This document shows, one piece after another, positions 29,137 to 42,032 of a DNA stretch of 64,000 nucleotides (positions are counted from its first letter, which is position 1; each line of letters opens with the position of its first letter). A model generated the notes under the pieces. It was not told the origin of the DNA and did not search any database. It saw nothing but the letters and a program-made list of their open reading frames with translations. The stretch comes from Candidatus Latescibacterota bacterium (lineage in GTDB: Bacteria > Latescibacterota > UBA2968 > GCA-2709665), in NCBI GenBank assembly GCA_965208835.1, contig OZ242358.1:4032001-4096000 (forward strand). Reading direction: 5' to 3'. The position numbers and the translations under genes were made by a program.

Positions 29137-30729
29137 TTGGCTTCTTCCGTATCGAGTCGGGCATCTTGCGTCCGGATTCCTTCCCTTGCAGGGATCGTGC
29201 TTTGCCTTCTGCTCTGGACCGCGGCGTTCGCCGACCCCGGAGGCCGCTGCGGCACGCCCTATCTGCCCGTACGTCCACATCCCGGGTCCGCGGCAAAAAT
29301 AAAGGCCGCCGAAACGTTTGACGTCGGCGACCCCCTGACCGTTCGCGTCTTCAATTTCGCCGCGCTTCCAGGTACCGATCCATACTACAGGACGACGACG
29401 ACGTGCCGTCTGAAGGGCGAGCACTGCTATATTTTCGTGGAGGACGTTATCTGGGGCGGTTCGCGTGTTACGCCCACTGCCCTGACGTCCCTTGCCCGCG
29501 CTTTCGACAGCTCCACACCCCGCTATCCCGACCGCGGCATTTTTTCCGTCGACACCGAGATCTTCGGCCCCCCGCCAGACGCTGACGGCGATCCACGGGT
29601 CGTAATCGTTCTGCTGGATATTATGGACAGTATCCTGGGCGGCAGGATCCTGGGATATTACGATACCGCGAACCAGGCGGCGCCTGTCGGCCGGGAAATA
29701 CTCTACATCGACAGCGATCCTCTGGACCTGAACAGCAATCTGGCGCGCGCGACCCTTGCACACGAGTTCCAGCACATGCTGCACTGGAACGGCGATCCCG
29801 ACGAAGCCAGATGGGTGGACGAGGGCTGTGCGGAATACGCAGAACTGGCCTGCGGATACAAGAACACGACGAGCGGGGCCGCGATGAACTTTCTGGGCGT
29901 TCCCAATCTGCTCAAATCGCCGGACCCGACCCTGGCTGTACCATCCGAAACAGGGCTGACGGACGCGGCCAGCTGGTCAAAAGGCGAATTCCTGCCTTTC
30001 CTCTTCGACCAGACGTTTCTGGTCATGACCTACTTCGCCCAGCGCTACGGAGACCGGGCCGTCGCACGCCTGGTCGCCGAACCAAAAAACAGCATTGCCG
30101 GCTTCAACCGCGCCCTTGAAACCATCGGTGCGGAGGAGCAATTCGAACAATTCTGGGCAGATTGGGCGGCTGCCGTGTTCGTCAACGACGAGAGCGGCCT
30201 GGGATTCCGAGGTCTCACCCTTGAACCGGTCAGAAGGGACACCGTCGCGGTTCCTGCCGACGACCTTGGCGGCGCCCTCCAGCTCTGGGGCATCGACTAT
30301 CTCGTGCCGCTTACGTCAGGTCCGACCGGCCTCTCAATGGACGTCAGAAGTAACAGCGACCTGCTTGTGACACTGGTTTCCGAACGGGAAGACACGCACG
30401 ACGTCGCCGCCGTCTCGGTGCGGCGCGGCGTCCCTCGCCGCATCGGTCTCTACGGCGGATCCCCAACCGTATTGGCCATCACCCGGACCACGGCCGGAGA
30501 TCGGACCTACGACCTCTCGCTGGCCGCGCGCGAAGGCCACGTTCCCGGCGCCGCTGACTTTGACGCCAGCGGCACGGTCGGCTTTTCCGACTTCATTGCA
30601 TTTGCCGAGGCCTTCGGCAAATCGGCGGACCGACCGGGTTTTGACCCCTCGTTCGACCTGGATGGGGACCGCACCGTGACATTCTCAGACTTCATCATGT
30701 TCGCGCGGAATTTCGGCAAGTCTCCGTGA
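29137..30729 (+). CDS. Secreted Zn metallopeptidase (M30-like) with C-terminal dockerin-like domain (class A)
   Basis: RCGTP propeptide, EILYID, TLAHEFQHM..WVDEG; C-terminus ADFDASGTVGFSDF..FDLDGDRTVTFSDF..FARNFG. Confidence 0.82.
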   Translation: MASSVSSRASCVRIPSLAGIVLCLLLWTAAFADPGGRCGTPYLPVRPHPGSAAKIKAAETFDVGDPLTVRVFNFAALPGTDPYYRTTTTCRLKGEHCYIFVEDVIWGGSRVTPTALTSLARAFDSSTPRYPDRGIFSVDTEIFGPPPDADGDPRVVIVLLDIMDSILGGRILGYYDTANQAAPVGREILYIDSDPLDLNSNLARATLAHEFQHMLHWNGDPDEARWVDEGCAEYAELACGYKNTTSGAAMNFLGVPNLLKSPDPTLAVPSETGLTDAASWSKGEFLPFLFDQTFLVMTYFAQRYGDRAVARLVAEPKNSIAGFNRALETIGAEEQFEQFWADWAAAVFVNDESGLGFRGLTLEPVRRDTVAVPADDLGGALQLWGIDYLVPLTSGPTGLSMDVRSNSDLLVTLVSEREDTHDVAAVSVRRGVPRRIGLYGGSPTVLAITRTTAGDRTYDLSLAAREGHVPGAADFDASGTVGFSDFIAFAEAFGKSADRPGFDPSFDLDGDRTVTFSDFIMFARNFGKSP

Positions 30730-30772
30730 AACGCCGCGCTGGCAATGGTCCCCTGCTCAAATGAATCTCACG

Positions 30773-31507
30773 CTACTCCGCAAGCGTGGACCGGCGCCAA
30801 TAACCCGCAAAGTGTCGCTTCAGCCACGCCAACGGCGCACGGAGCAGCACGTTGTAGCCACCCCAGGTCCATCGTGTCACCCGCTTCAGTCCCGCAACGG
30901 ACGCAATAACGGCCGCACGTGATTCATCCAGCCGCGCCGCCTTTCTGCCCAGCGTCAACAATTCCCTCTCGTAGTTGAATCGAACCATATTCTGCGCATG
31001 GGCGGCCAGCGCTTCAGGCGCCTGGATGCGGGTATGGGGACAGACCGTTTGGCGTTCCGTAAATACAAAGGAGGCGACCCACTGCGCGGAGACTTTGCCG
31101 CGGGCGTCGCGCGCCGTCTCCTCGACGGCTTCCCGGCTCAATACCCCGTAGGTGCGGCAGACGAGGGGACGAACCGGGTAAATTGAACACCCGCCGATTT
31201 CGGTCAGAAACGGGCATCGCACAGGCCGTTCTTCCGTCAGAGCCAGAACGGCGTCGCGTCTTTCGGGTTCGAAGTGGTCCTGCACGTAGTCGACGATGTT
31301 GAAGTACTCAATCGAATACAGCGGATACATCGTCGCAAAATCCGCTTCCATTTCCTCCTTCGTTAGCTCGCAGCACTGTCCCAACCGGTCGCAGTGGCAC
31401 GACACAGCAGGGACCTGGTCGTAGACCGCCTGCAGGCGGCGTCGATCCGGTTCCGAAAGCCATCGTTGTTCACGTGATGGCGCGATCTGTAACAAGGGTG
31501 TTCTCAC
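30773..31507 (-). CDS. YkgJ-family cysteine-cluster (Zn/Fe-chelating) protein
   Basis: CHCDRLGQCC, CPFL..GCSIYPVRPLVCRTYG; start set at GTG 31507 because the ORF extension crosses a MITE. Confidence 0.8.
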   Translation of the reverse strand: MRTPLLQIAPSREQRWLSEPDRRRLQAVYDQVPAVSCHCDRLGQCCELTKEEMEADFATMYPLYSIEYFNIVDYVQDHFEPERRDAVLALTEERPVRCPFLTEIGGCSIYPVRPLVCRTYGVLSREAVEETARDARGKVSAQWVASFVFTERQTVCPHTRIQAPEALAAHAQNMVRFNYERELLTLGRKAARLDESRAAVIASVAGLKRVTRWTWGGYNVLLRAPLAWLKRHFAGYWRRSTLAE

Positions 31508-31521
31508 AATCAATGTACCTA

Positions 31522-31598
31522 TCAGCCCGTTGAAAAAGCCCATCCGGGCTGCGTCCGGCTCTCGCCCTCGCCTGCGGAACGACTTTATCAACGGACTG

Positions 31599-31599
<1 letters not shown>
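31522..31599 (-). mobile_element. MITE-like element A, copy 3 (internally deleted)
   Basis: CAGCCCGTTGAAAAAG ... CTTTATCAACGGACTGC; its end overlaps the enolase TAG. Confidence 0.72.
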
Positions 31600-33955
<2,356 letters not shown>

Positions 33956-34111
33956 CGTGCCGATAGCTCCGCGAAATGACTGAATTATAGAAATCCGTCG
34001 GCAACGTGTCAAGCGCCATTTCGCTGAAAGCCCGCGTTTTTTGCTTGACGGGTTCCCTGCGCCACCTTATTTAGATGTAGTTATAAAACCGCCAACTGTT
34101 CGCCGTTTCTT

Positions 34112-35383
34112 TTGATCCCGATACCCGGATTTCACGTGCGTTTCAGACCCGCTCTCATTCTTCCAGGCATCCTGATGGCCGCCACAGGTGTCGGCGCGGG
34201 AGACCTGTTGACGGCCAGCCTGGCCGGCTCGAAGATCGGCGTTGGCCTCGCGTGGGCAGCAGTGATCGGCGCGCTGCTCAAATGGACCCTGAACGAGGGT
34301 ATCGCCCGCTGGCAGATGGCAACCGGAACCACGATGCTGGAAGGCTGGGTCCACCGGCTCGGCGCCTGGGTGCAATGGGTATTCATTGTCTACCTCATCA
34401 TCTGGAGCTTCTCGGTGGGCGGCGCGCTGGTCACCGCCTGCGGCGTGGCGGGCACCGGTCTGCTTCCCATCGGCGATCCGGCCACGTCCAAGATTGCATG
34501 GGGCATCATCCACTCCCTGGTCGGCCTGTCCCTGGTCTGGATCGGCGGGTTCCGCGTGTTTGAAGTTCTGATGTCGGCCTGCATCGGGTTGATGTTCGTT
34601 ACGGTCCTTTTGACGGCCCTGCTGCTCGGACCGGACTGGAACGCTCTCGCCAGAGGCCTGTTCTTTCCCGCCATCCCGACCGGCGGCGTGGGCTGGACCC
34701 TCGGCGTCCTGGGAGGCGTTGGCGGTACGGTTACCCTCCTGTCCTACGGGTACTGGATCCGGGAGACCGGCAGGCAAGGCCGGGCAGGCGTGACATCCTG
34801 CCGTATCGACCTGGCGGTCGGGTACACCGTCACCGCGCTGTTCGGCGTTGCGATGATTATCATCGGTTCGCGGGTCGCGCTGGATGGCAAGGGCGCGTCC
34901 CTCGCGCTCATCCTGTCGAGCCAACTCGAACTGGCGCTCGGGGCGCCGGGCAAATGGGCTTTCCTGCTGGGCTTCTGGGGCGCGGTCTTCTCCAGCCTGC
35001 TCGGCGTGTGGCAGAGCGACCCGTACATGTTCGCGAATTTCCTCGCGCTGCGTAAAGGGGTCTCTCCCGAAGCCTTTCAGAAATCGGACATCCGGCGATC
35101 CACTCCCTACCGCGCGTACCTGGTCGGTCTCGCGATTGTGCCCCTCGTGCTGTTGTGGGGTTCGGTGGCCGAAGTCCAGCTCACTTATGCCGTGCTGGGT
35201 TCGTTCTTCCTGCCCCTGGTGGCGCTCACCTTGCTGCTGATGAATAACAGGACAGACTGGGTTGGACCGGGCTTCAAGAGCCACCCCGTCATCAACGCCA
35301 TCCTCGTTGCCACCCTGCTGTTCTTCGGATATACCGGAGGGAAGAAAATCCTCACCACGCTCGGCCCAATTCTGAGCGGCTGA
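34112..35383 (+). CDS. Nramp-superfamily (YcsG-like) transporter
   Basis: PGILMAATGVGAGDL, many TM helices, GGVGGTVTLLSYGYW. Start uncertain. Confidence 0.85.
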   Translation: MIPIPGFHVRFRPALILPGILMAATGVGAGDLLTASLAGSKIGVGLAWAAVIGALLKWTLNEGIARWQMATGTTMLEGWVHRLGAWVQWVFIVYLIIWSFSVGGALVTACGVAGTGLLPIGDPATSKIAWGIIHSLVGLSLVWIGGFRVFEVLMSACIGLMFVTVLLTALLLGPDWNALARGLFFPAIPTGGVGWTLGVLGGVGGTVTLLSYGYWIRETGRQGRAGVTSCRIDLAVGYTVTALFGVAMIIIGSRVALDGKGASLALILSSQLELALGAPGKWAFLLGFWGAVFSSLLGVWQSDPYMFANFLALRKGVSPEAFQKSDIRRSTPYRAYLVGLAIVPLVLLWGSVAEVQLTYAVLGSFFLPLVALTLLLMNNRTDWVGPGFKSHPVINAILVATLLFFGYTGGKKILTTLGPILSG

Positions 35384-35427
35384 TCGACTTACATCCCTAC
35401 GAACACCGACATTCGCAGACCCGAAAT

Positions 35428-35466
35428 GGAAATCGCGCGATCAGATGGTCCAGTCGCGCGATTTCC
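35428..35466. terminator. Hairpin between convergent genes
   Basis: GGAAATCGCGCGA-N13-TCGCGCGATTTCC. Confidence 0.6.
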
Positions 35467-35499
35467 TGTTGGGTATTGTCGGATTCGAACGGTTACTCC

Positions 35500-36162
35500 C
35501 TATTCACCAATGGGAAAGCCGACGCCGACCTGAAGGGTGAGGTTACGGTTCTTGACGTCGTCCTCGCCGGTCTCGTCAATCGACAGAAGCCCCAGCGTGT
35601 AGCGCAAATCCACGGCCAATGTCATCTGTTCGGAAACCGCTATTTCCGCACCGATTCCTCCCGTAATCCCCAAGTCGATACCCTTGGCATCATCTCCGCA
35701 GGACTCCGAGACATTGCGGGTTTCGCCGCCCAGGCTGATCGTGGCAGATGTTTCACACCCGGTCTTGAACGCAAACGACGGGCCGATGAGCAGGTTCGCC
35801 GTAGCCGAACTTCCTGACGGTGTGAGACTCACAGACCCAAGGCCCGACAGCTCAATGTAGTCAATATAAAGATTCCCTTCCAATCCCTGGTGTTCGGCAC
35901 GGTATCCTTTCTGCACGTAGCCTCCATCGAGTCGGAGGCCGAAGTTGTCCTGTACAGGGAAGGTCACTGAAGCACCGATAGAAAGGCCGGTGCGGGCTTT
36001 CAATGCCGATTCGGGCACGCCTTCCGTTGGCACATCACTCAAAGTCGCCCGGCTCAAGCCGCCCCGAATGGCAAGCGTGGTCTGGGCCGGTATGCCGGCG
36101 GGGAGGTTGATGGCTGCCAACGTCAGTGCGCTTATGAGGATATTTCTCCAAAGCTGTTTCAT
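35500..36162 (-). CDS. Porin-family outer-membrane beta-barrel (OMP_b-brl_2/PorT-like)
   Basis: Signal peptide; YVQKG, YIDYIEL, GPSFAF, DLRYTLGL..VKNRNL..GVGF. Confidence 0.8.
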   Translation of the reverse strand: MKQLWRNILISALTLAAINLPAGIPAQTTLAIRGGLSRATLSDVPTEGVPESALKARTGLSIGASVTFPVQDNFGLRLDGGYVQKGYRAEHQGLEGNLYIDYIELSGLGSVSLTPSGSSATANLLIGPSFAFKTGCETSATISLGGETRNVSESCGDDAKGIDLGITGGIGAEIAVSEQMTLAVDLRYTLGLLSIDETGEDDVKNRNLTLQVGVGFPIGE

Positions 36163-36287
36163 GGATACGACTCCATTTTAAAGATGGTTTCATTGAGACG
36201 GACCCCGGCGGACGATTATTCCCTCCACGTCTGGTGTCGCAATCTCTTTCTTGTGTTCCTCCTTTCTCCAAATACGGATCCTCCGGT

Positions 36288-38771
36288 TCACGCGGTGCTC
36301 GTGCCGAACGCGCCGGCGAAAATCACGAAATCGCTGAACCCGACGGAGCCGTTGCCGTCCAGGTCGAACCGGGCGTCGTATTCGGCATCGCCCTGACCGC
36401 GCCCAAAGGCGGTGGCGAACAGCAGAAAGTCGCCGAAACCGACTTTCCCGTCGCCATCGAAGTCGGCTTGGGCTCTTCCCGTGGCACTAAACGTTACCGG
36501 ATCTGTATTTGAAACCGTTGCCACAACTGTGTTCGTCCCGGGTTGCCTGCCAAGCGTCAGCGTCGTGGCGGCGCGGCCGTCGGCACCTGTCGTGGCGTTG
36601 GCAACGGACAACGCGCCGCCGCCGGCTGCGACCGTGAAAGTGACCGCGGCGTCGGTAAGCGGATTCCCGTATTGATCCCGTACTTCAACCACCAGGTGCT
36701 GCGCCAGGGTGTCGCCGGGCGCGCCGTGCTGGCCGTTGCCGGAGATGATCTCAAGGGCGGCGGGACGGGGCACGGTCCATTCCGTGACGTCCCACAGAAT
36801 GACCGTATTGTCCGGTGCCCCGGAAGCAAGGGTGGTGCCGTCTGGTGAGAACGATACAGAATAGACCAAATTCGCAGCATGCCCTTGCAGTGTGGCTAAG
36901 GTGGCTCTGCTTGCCACGTCCCATAGCCAGACCGTACCCGCCGTTGACGCGGAAGCGAGAGTTTTTCCATCCGGAGAAAACGATAGCGAATAGACCCAAC
37001 CCCCATGCTCAAGGGAAGCGAGAGGAACTCTGCTCGCCACGTCCCACACCCGCACCGTACCATCAAAAGACCCGGAAACTAGGGATTTCCCATTAGGAGA
37101 AAATGAAACGGCGGCAACCAGGTCATTGTGCCTTCCCAATGCGACGATCTGTCGCCTGGACGCCACGTCCCACAACCGAACCGTATTATCAGAAGACGCG
37201 GAAGCGAGCGTCTTGCCATCCGGAGAAAACGATAGCGAAAAGACGCCTCTCTCATGACCTTCCAGGGTTCCAATCGGTTGTCCAGTTTCCACGACCCAAA
37301 GCCGGATGGGCTCATCTCCATATCCCGCGCCGGAAGCGAGCATGGTCCCATCCGGAGAAAACGATACGGTTTCGACATATTCCGTATGCCCCTCCAGGAT
37401 GCCAGTCTGTTCCCCGGTCCTCATGTTCCAGAGTCGTACGGCGCCATCTCCTGCTCCAGCAGCGAGAATGGTACCGTCCCGAGAAAATGATACCGCATAG
37501 ACCGGAATCCCAACTTCAAGGGTTGCGATGGGTGCGTGCGTCTCAACATTCCACAACCGCACCGTACCATCGACTGATCCAGAGGCAAGGTTGGTCCGGT
37601 CCGGAGAAAACGACACCTCCTCGACCCTTTTCGTATGTCCTTCAAGGTAAGCGATGGCCTGCTGCGGGATTTCCGAAAGGAAAAATTCCGTTTCGCCGAC
37701 GTCTCCATAAGTATCCACGGCCAGGACCGCAATCCGGTGCACGGCAGGGTCCGACAGGCTTGAACCCGGTTCGAAAGGGATACCGGCGTCATACTCGAAC
37801 TCGGTTACGACATCTGTTTCGCCCCTCAACCCACGGCATGACTTGAGTCCAGAGCTTCCGGTACCCACGTTGTCCCCTCCTGCTGTAGCAAAGAGGATCA
37901 CCTGGTGAATTCCCTCAGGATCAGTAACATTGAGTTGGACGGTGACACGCTCCGAACCTGCGGGATACCTATTCGAGGAAGTGTGTTCTACGGTGGGCGG
38001 CTTCCCCTCTTCGAACGGTACAGCGGGATTGAAGTAGGGATTGACAGCCAGGAATTCGGCGGCGCACGCAGAGAGGACCCCGCGCTGATCAAATCCATAC
38101 GACATGATGTACCGATTGTCTCTGAAATCGTGATTCAAGCCGAAGGTATGTCCAAGCTCGTGAGCCACCGTGAAGAATCGGACGCTGTGGGGAACCAATA
38201 TATGGCCGTTGTTTTTCGCCCCGGGAGATGTGAATCCTCCAGCAAATCTACCGCGTGCAAGAGGGATTTTATCGATACTAAGGTCAGTGACGATAAGGTA
38301 AATGTTGGCATCAAGATCAAACCTTTGTTCGATTTCAGAGACTGGCCAACCCCCGGTCGCGTAGTGGCTGTCTGTGTGTTGTCCGTCGACGTGATGCACG
38401 AGCGGCTCGCCGCGGGCATCGGTCTCAAAGCGGAAGGTCCTGTTGGCGTAGCCATGCGCCTCCATCTGCTCAGCGTAGAAGGTTCGAACTCGACGAATTA
38501 CAATCTTCATCGAATCCACCACTTCCTGGCGAAACGGCCGGTCGTTCGGCAAGAAGTAGATCATCCTCACGGTGCGCGGTTCGCCGACGTTCAGGCCCGC
38601 CTGGCGCTTGGCCGCTGGCCAAGCGCGAGCCCGCTGCGAGTGCCCGTGATCTTCAATGGCGCAAAAATGGATGCTGTCGGGAAGAACCGGCGACGCATTG
38701 GCAACCTGCATCGGCGTAAGGAGACAACCGATGAATACAAACTGAGCGGAATGAAAAACAAGAGGTTTCAT
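36288..38771 (-). CDS. Secreted metzincin + WD40 + Big_1-like Ig + dockerin-like (class A)
   Basis: AHELGHTFGLNH..IMSY; about 7 GH..SFSPDG..LASGS.D..VRLWD repeats; ISGNGQ..VEVRDQYGNP; ADFDGDGKVGFGDF..FDLDGNGSVGFSDF. Confidence 0.88.
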   Translation of the reverse strand: MKPLVFHSAQFVFIGCLLTPMQVANASPVLPDSIHFCAIEDHGHSQRARAWPAAKRQAGLNVGEPRTVRMIYFLPNDRPFRQEVVDSMKIVIRRVRTFYAEQMEAHGYANRTFRFETDARGEPLVHHVDGQHTDSHYATGGWPVSEIEQRFDLDANIYLIVTDLSIDKIPLARGRFAGGFTSPGAKNNGHILVPHSVRFFTVAHELGHTFGLNHDFRDNRYIMSYGFDQRGVLSACAAEFLAVNPYFNPAVPFEEGKPPTVEHTSSNRYPAGSERVTVQLNVTDPEGIHQVILFATAGGDNVGTGSSGLKSCRGLRGETDVVTEFEYDAGIPFEPGSSLSDPAVHRIAVLAVDTYGDVGETEFFLSEIPQQAIAYLEGHTKRVEEVSFSPDRTNLASGSVDGTVRLWNVETHAPIATLEVGIPVYAVSFSRDGTILAAGAGDGAVRLWNMRTGEQTGILEGHTEYVETVSFSPDGTMLASGAGYGDEPIRLWVVETGQPIGTLEGHERGVFSLSFSPDGKTLASASSDNTVRLWDVASRRQIVALGRHNDLVAAVSFSPNGKSLVSGSFDGTVRVWDVASRVPLASLEHGGWVYSLSFSPDGKTLASASTAGTVWLWDVASRATLATLQGHAANLVYSVSFSPDGTTLASGAPDNTVILWDVTEWTVPRPAALEIISGNGQHGAPGDTLAQHLVVEVRDQYGNPLTDAAVTFTVAAGGGALSVANATTGADGRAATTLTLGRQPGTNTVVATVSNTDPVTFSATGRAQADFDGDGKVGFGDFLLFATAFGRGQGDAEYDARFDLDGNGSVGFSDFVIFAGAFGTSTA

Positions 38772-38949
38772 GGATATTAATCTCGATCCGAGAAAGATCG
38801 GGTGGCCCCGCGAAAGGTTTTGGAGAATCACCACAGCTGCCTGTGGCCCGGCGCCGATCCGTGGCAACGCGCGATCCTGTAGCGCACTTGCCAATTTGCG
38901 GTACCGTCGCTTGACGGTGACTCCATCCCAAACACAGTTCGAATACCGC

Positions 38950-40617
38950 TCACTCTGTTTCCAGATGCCACTTCAATTTTGCGCCGTCAAGGTTTACCTT
39001 CACACCCTTCATTTTCAGTTCATCCAGCTTGACCGGCAAGTTCCCGCGCAGAAGAAAACCCTGATCTTCATACGGGCCGATGAGCGAATCTTCCTTGTTG
39101 TCCAGCTTGATCTTCCGTCCTGCTAATGTCGTAAAGACAATGTCCTTGAACTTGCGGGGCTTGCCAATGTCGGCGGTGGCGTAAGCCTTGCCCAGGATCT
39201 GTGTGGGGTCCAGAGAATAACGACTGGCAACAGCCGACGTCGTCCAACGCTGGCACGACATTTCAAGGGTCACGACCTCATCTCCGCGGTTGGTGCGCCC
39301 CACCACTCGCACCGGTTTGTCGAACACCTCGACCCTGGATCCGGTAAATGCGGCGATGCGATCGTCCAGCAGCGGGTGCGAGCGAAAAGCCCGCATATTC
39401 TTCTCGTCTCCCCCCAGGTAGTCCGTGTAATACCGGAGTTTCCTCAGCACCCGCGTCATTTCTGCAAGCCCCTCATCGCCGTATTGCCGCTCCAGATACA
39501 ACGCCGCCATCGCGTCGGCCTCTTCCTCCATCGATCGCGGATACCCTTCAAACAACACGTCCGTCGCCGCCTTGGCCAGGTCGTATGCGAGCCCTCCGAA
39601 GATTACTGCCTTTTTGATCTTATCCTTTTCTGATTTCTTCCCGGCAAGCACGCCCACTATCGCCCCCACGCCGGCTGCGATGGCCTGTTTCGTTCTCTCT
39701 TTGCGATAGATCCTGTAGCTGTGCCGCCGCTCGACGTGGGCGATTTCGTGTGCGATCACGCCCTCGATTTCCAGATCGCTCTCCGCCGCATCAATCAGAC
39801 CGCGATTAACAAAAATCAATCCCGTGGGAAGGGCGTATGCATTGACCTCATCGTCTTCCATTACCGAGAACCGATACTTGTACCCCTGAAGGGGAACCGG
39901 CCAGTTGTCCAGCACCCGCTGGCCGATCTCGCGCGCGCGCGACTGCAACGCGTCATCCGTCGCCAACTGTCCCATGCTTTGAATCTGCTGCGACGCATAT
40001 AGCGCCAACGTCCTTTCGGTCGCGTAGTCACTTACCAGCGGCATTCGCATGAAACACAGCTTGCACGCCCGCATGCCCGCGCCTTCCGCTTCGGCGTGTG
40101 TGTGAAAAGCCTGTCGTTTGTCTGCGTCGGGCAGATGATTGGACGAAGCCACGTGAAACACGTTACTGCTCGTATTCCCGATCAGGTTCGGCGGAACCTC
40201 GGTCTCCTCGCCAGTGCTGAAACACAGCGCGAATCCCGCGTCAAAGGCCGCCCGATTCAGGGGCGGCGAATGCAAGGGCGCGGAGAACGTCACCAGCCCC
40301 TTTCCCAGCCGTGCACTCCTGAGTTCGATTCTGAGCTCGTCGTCACGCACTTTGACAGACCTGATCATCACTGGTTCGTCCTTTTCAATGCGAAACAGGA
40401 CCGGATACTTCCGGGAATGCTGGAAATAGTAGACATTGCCGCCGTGCTCGTAGTACGTCATTGGATTCTGATGGATGCTCCCCCGGAGAATCAGGTTTCG
40501 GCCCTTTAGTTCCTTCTCTAACTCCTTTCCAAGACGCCCTGAGATCTTGCTTCCAAACACGTCGCCACTCGCGCACAAAATTAAAGCGACACACAGGAAA
40601 CGGATGAAATTGACCAT
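38950..40617 (-). CDS. M48 peptidase with Ada-like metal-binding module
   Basis: VNAYALPTG, IAHEIAHV, EEEAD, RSHP; IGNTSSNVFH..AEAEGAGMRACKLC; GGAG RBS. Confidence 0.85.
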   Translation of the reverse strand: MVNFIRFLCVALILCASGDVFGSKISGRLGKELEKELKGRNLILRGSIHQNPMTYYEHGGNVYYFQHSRKYPVLFRIEKDEPVMIRSVKVRDDELRIELRSARLGKGLVTFSAPLHSPPLNRAAFDAGFALCFSTGEETEVPPNLIGNTSSNVFHVASSNHLPDADKRQAFHTHAEAEGAGMRACKLCFMRMPLVSDYATERTLALYASQQIQSMGQLATDDALQSRAREIGQRVLDNWPVPLQGYKYRFSVMEDDEVNAYALPTGLIFVNRGLIDAAESDLEIEGVIAHEIAHVERRHSYRIYRKERTKQAIAAGVGAIVGVLAGKKSEKDKIKKAVIFGGLAYDLAKAATDVLFEGYPRSMEEEADAMAALYLERQYGDEGLAEMTRVLRKLRYYTDYLGGDEKNMRAFRSHPLLDDRIAAFTGSRVEVFDKPVRVVGRTNRGDEVVTLEMSCQRWTTSAVASRYSLDPTQILGKAYATADIGKPRKFKDIVFTTLAGRKIKLDNKEDSLIGPYEDQGFLLRGNLPVKLDELKMKGVKVNLDGAKLKWHLETE

Positions 40618-40659
40618 TGCCGGACTCCTTTCTACGATGTTGTGGAGGGTTAGCAAAGT

Positions 40660-40856
40660 TAACCTTGATTCGTCATTTTTCCGGGACGTTAATTCGAATA
40701 TGTGCGAGTTAATAAAGGCGATTAGACTGCTGATTACCAGGATTGACCAGGACACCGTACGTGAACGGAAAAAATGTCCTTCAAGACGAACACTTCGGCC
40801 CGTTTCGAAAGGTTTCGTCGCAGTGCCGCGTTGCGGCTTTTGCGGAATTGAGGTTA
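40660..40856. mobile_element. MITE-like element B, copy 1 (197 bp)
   Basis: TIRs TAACCTTGATTCG / CGGAATTGAGGTTA; colinear diverged copy at 55614-55810. Confidence 0.75.
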
Positions 40857-41004
40857 GATTTTCACAGTGTGGCTTCTACGTAAGATGGATGCTTGTTTGT
40901 TCGAGGACTCGTGTTATCGGCGACCTCTCCCCCAGCCCATCTCCGGTTCGGTGAGGGGAGATCCGGTGACGTTGGCCCGACAGCGGGCGCCGGGCGAAAA
41001 GAGG

Positions 41005-41982
41005 TCAGTCCAGGACACGGTTCTGGCCGGCCGACGCCTCGTCGAGAAGGGCCCGGTCCTCCGGCGTGATCGACCAGCCTACGGCGCCGGCGTTCTCCTC
41101 CATGTGAGCCACCGTGTCGCCGCCGGTGATCGCGGCCGTCACCTCGGGGTGGGAGAGCACCCAGTTGATCGCCGTCTGCGCCACGGTGCGGCCATGGGCG
41201 CCGGCGATCCTCCGCAGGATTTCGAGGGTCCGCCCCGCCGCCTCGTTGAGATCTTTCTCCAGGGCATCAGCGCGGCCTCTTGCGTAAAGGGTACCTTCGG
41301 GCGGTGGCTGTCCGGGCGTGTACACGCCGGAAAGGAGGCCCACCCCCAGTGGACTGTACGTCATAACCCCGAACCTCTGGTCGCGCTGCGCCGGCCACAT
41401 CTCACGCTCGAGCTCGCGATTGAGAAGGTTGTAGGGGTTCTGGATGCATATCAGGGGATCGAGCCCGAGGCGGTCCTGCGTCCACAACGCCTTGAGTACC
41501 TGCCAGGCCTGGAAGTTGGAAACGCCCACGTAACGCGTCTTGCCTGCGCGCACCACGTCGTCGAGGGCTCGCAGGGTCTCCTCGAGGGGCGTCTCCTCGT
41601 CGTACACGTGCAGGATGTAGACGTCAATGTGATCGGTCTGGAGGCGGGCAAGGGTGCGGTCGATCTCCCGCATGACGTGATAGCGCGACAGGCCGGCGTC
41701 GTTCGGCCCCTCGCCGATGCGGCTGGCGACCTTCGAGGTCACCACAAGGTCGTCGCGGTGCCGCTTGAGAACGCGCGCGAGTAGCTGCTCCGACGTGCCA
41801 CGGGTCTCGTACGCGTCCCCGAGGCCGTAGACGTTGGCGCAGTCGATGAAATTGATCCCAAGCTCGATACCCCGTTCGATGGCGCGTTCCGCCTCGTCGA
41901 CGTTGTCCTGCCCGCGCAGGCCCAATCCGTAGGCCAGGCGCGACACCTTCAGGCCGGAACGGCCGAAATTGACGTATTCCAT
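41005..41982 (-). CDS. Aldo/keto reductase
   Basis: GRSGLKVS, FIDCANVYG, LQTDHIDVYILH, GVSNF, QNPYNLL, YSPLGVGLL. Confidence 0.93.
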   Translation of the reverse strand: MEYVNFGRSGLKVSRLAYGLGLRGQDNVDEAERAIERGIELGINFIDCANVYGLGDAYETRGTSEQLLARVLKRHRDDLVVTSKVASRIGEGPNDAGLSRYHVMREIDRTLARLQTDHIDVYILHVYDEETPLEETLRALDDVVRAGKTRYVGVSNFQAWQVLKALWTQDRLGLDPLICIQNPYNLLNRELEREMWPAQRDQRFGVMTYSPLGVGLLSGVYTPGQPPPEGTLYARGRADALEKDLNEAAGRTLEILRRIAGAHGRTVAQTAINWVLSHPEVTAAITGGDTVAHMEENAGAVGWSITPEDRALLDEASAGQNRVLD

Positions 41983-42032
41983 GCGCTCCTCCATGTTTGG
42001 AGAACTCCCGTCAGGTGACGTTGGTTACGATT

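Noticed and set aside
34067-35284. 405-aa minus-strand ORF
   Set aside because: Antisense shadow of the Nramp transporter.
40920-40962. CCTCTCCCCCAGCCC..GAGGGGAG hairpin
   Set aside because: Single degenerate REP-like hairpin in this window; not enough to call an element.
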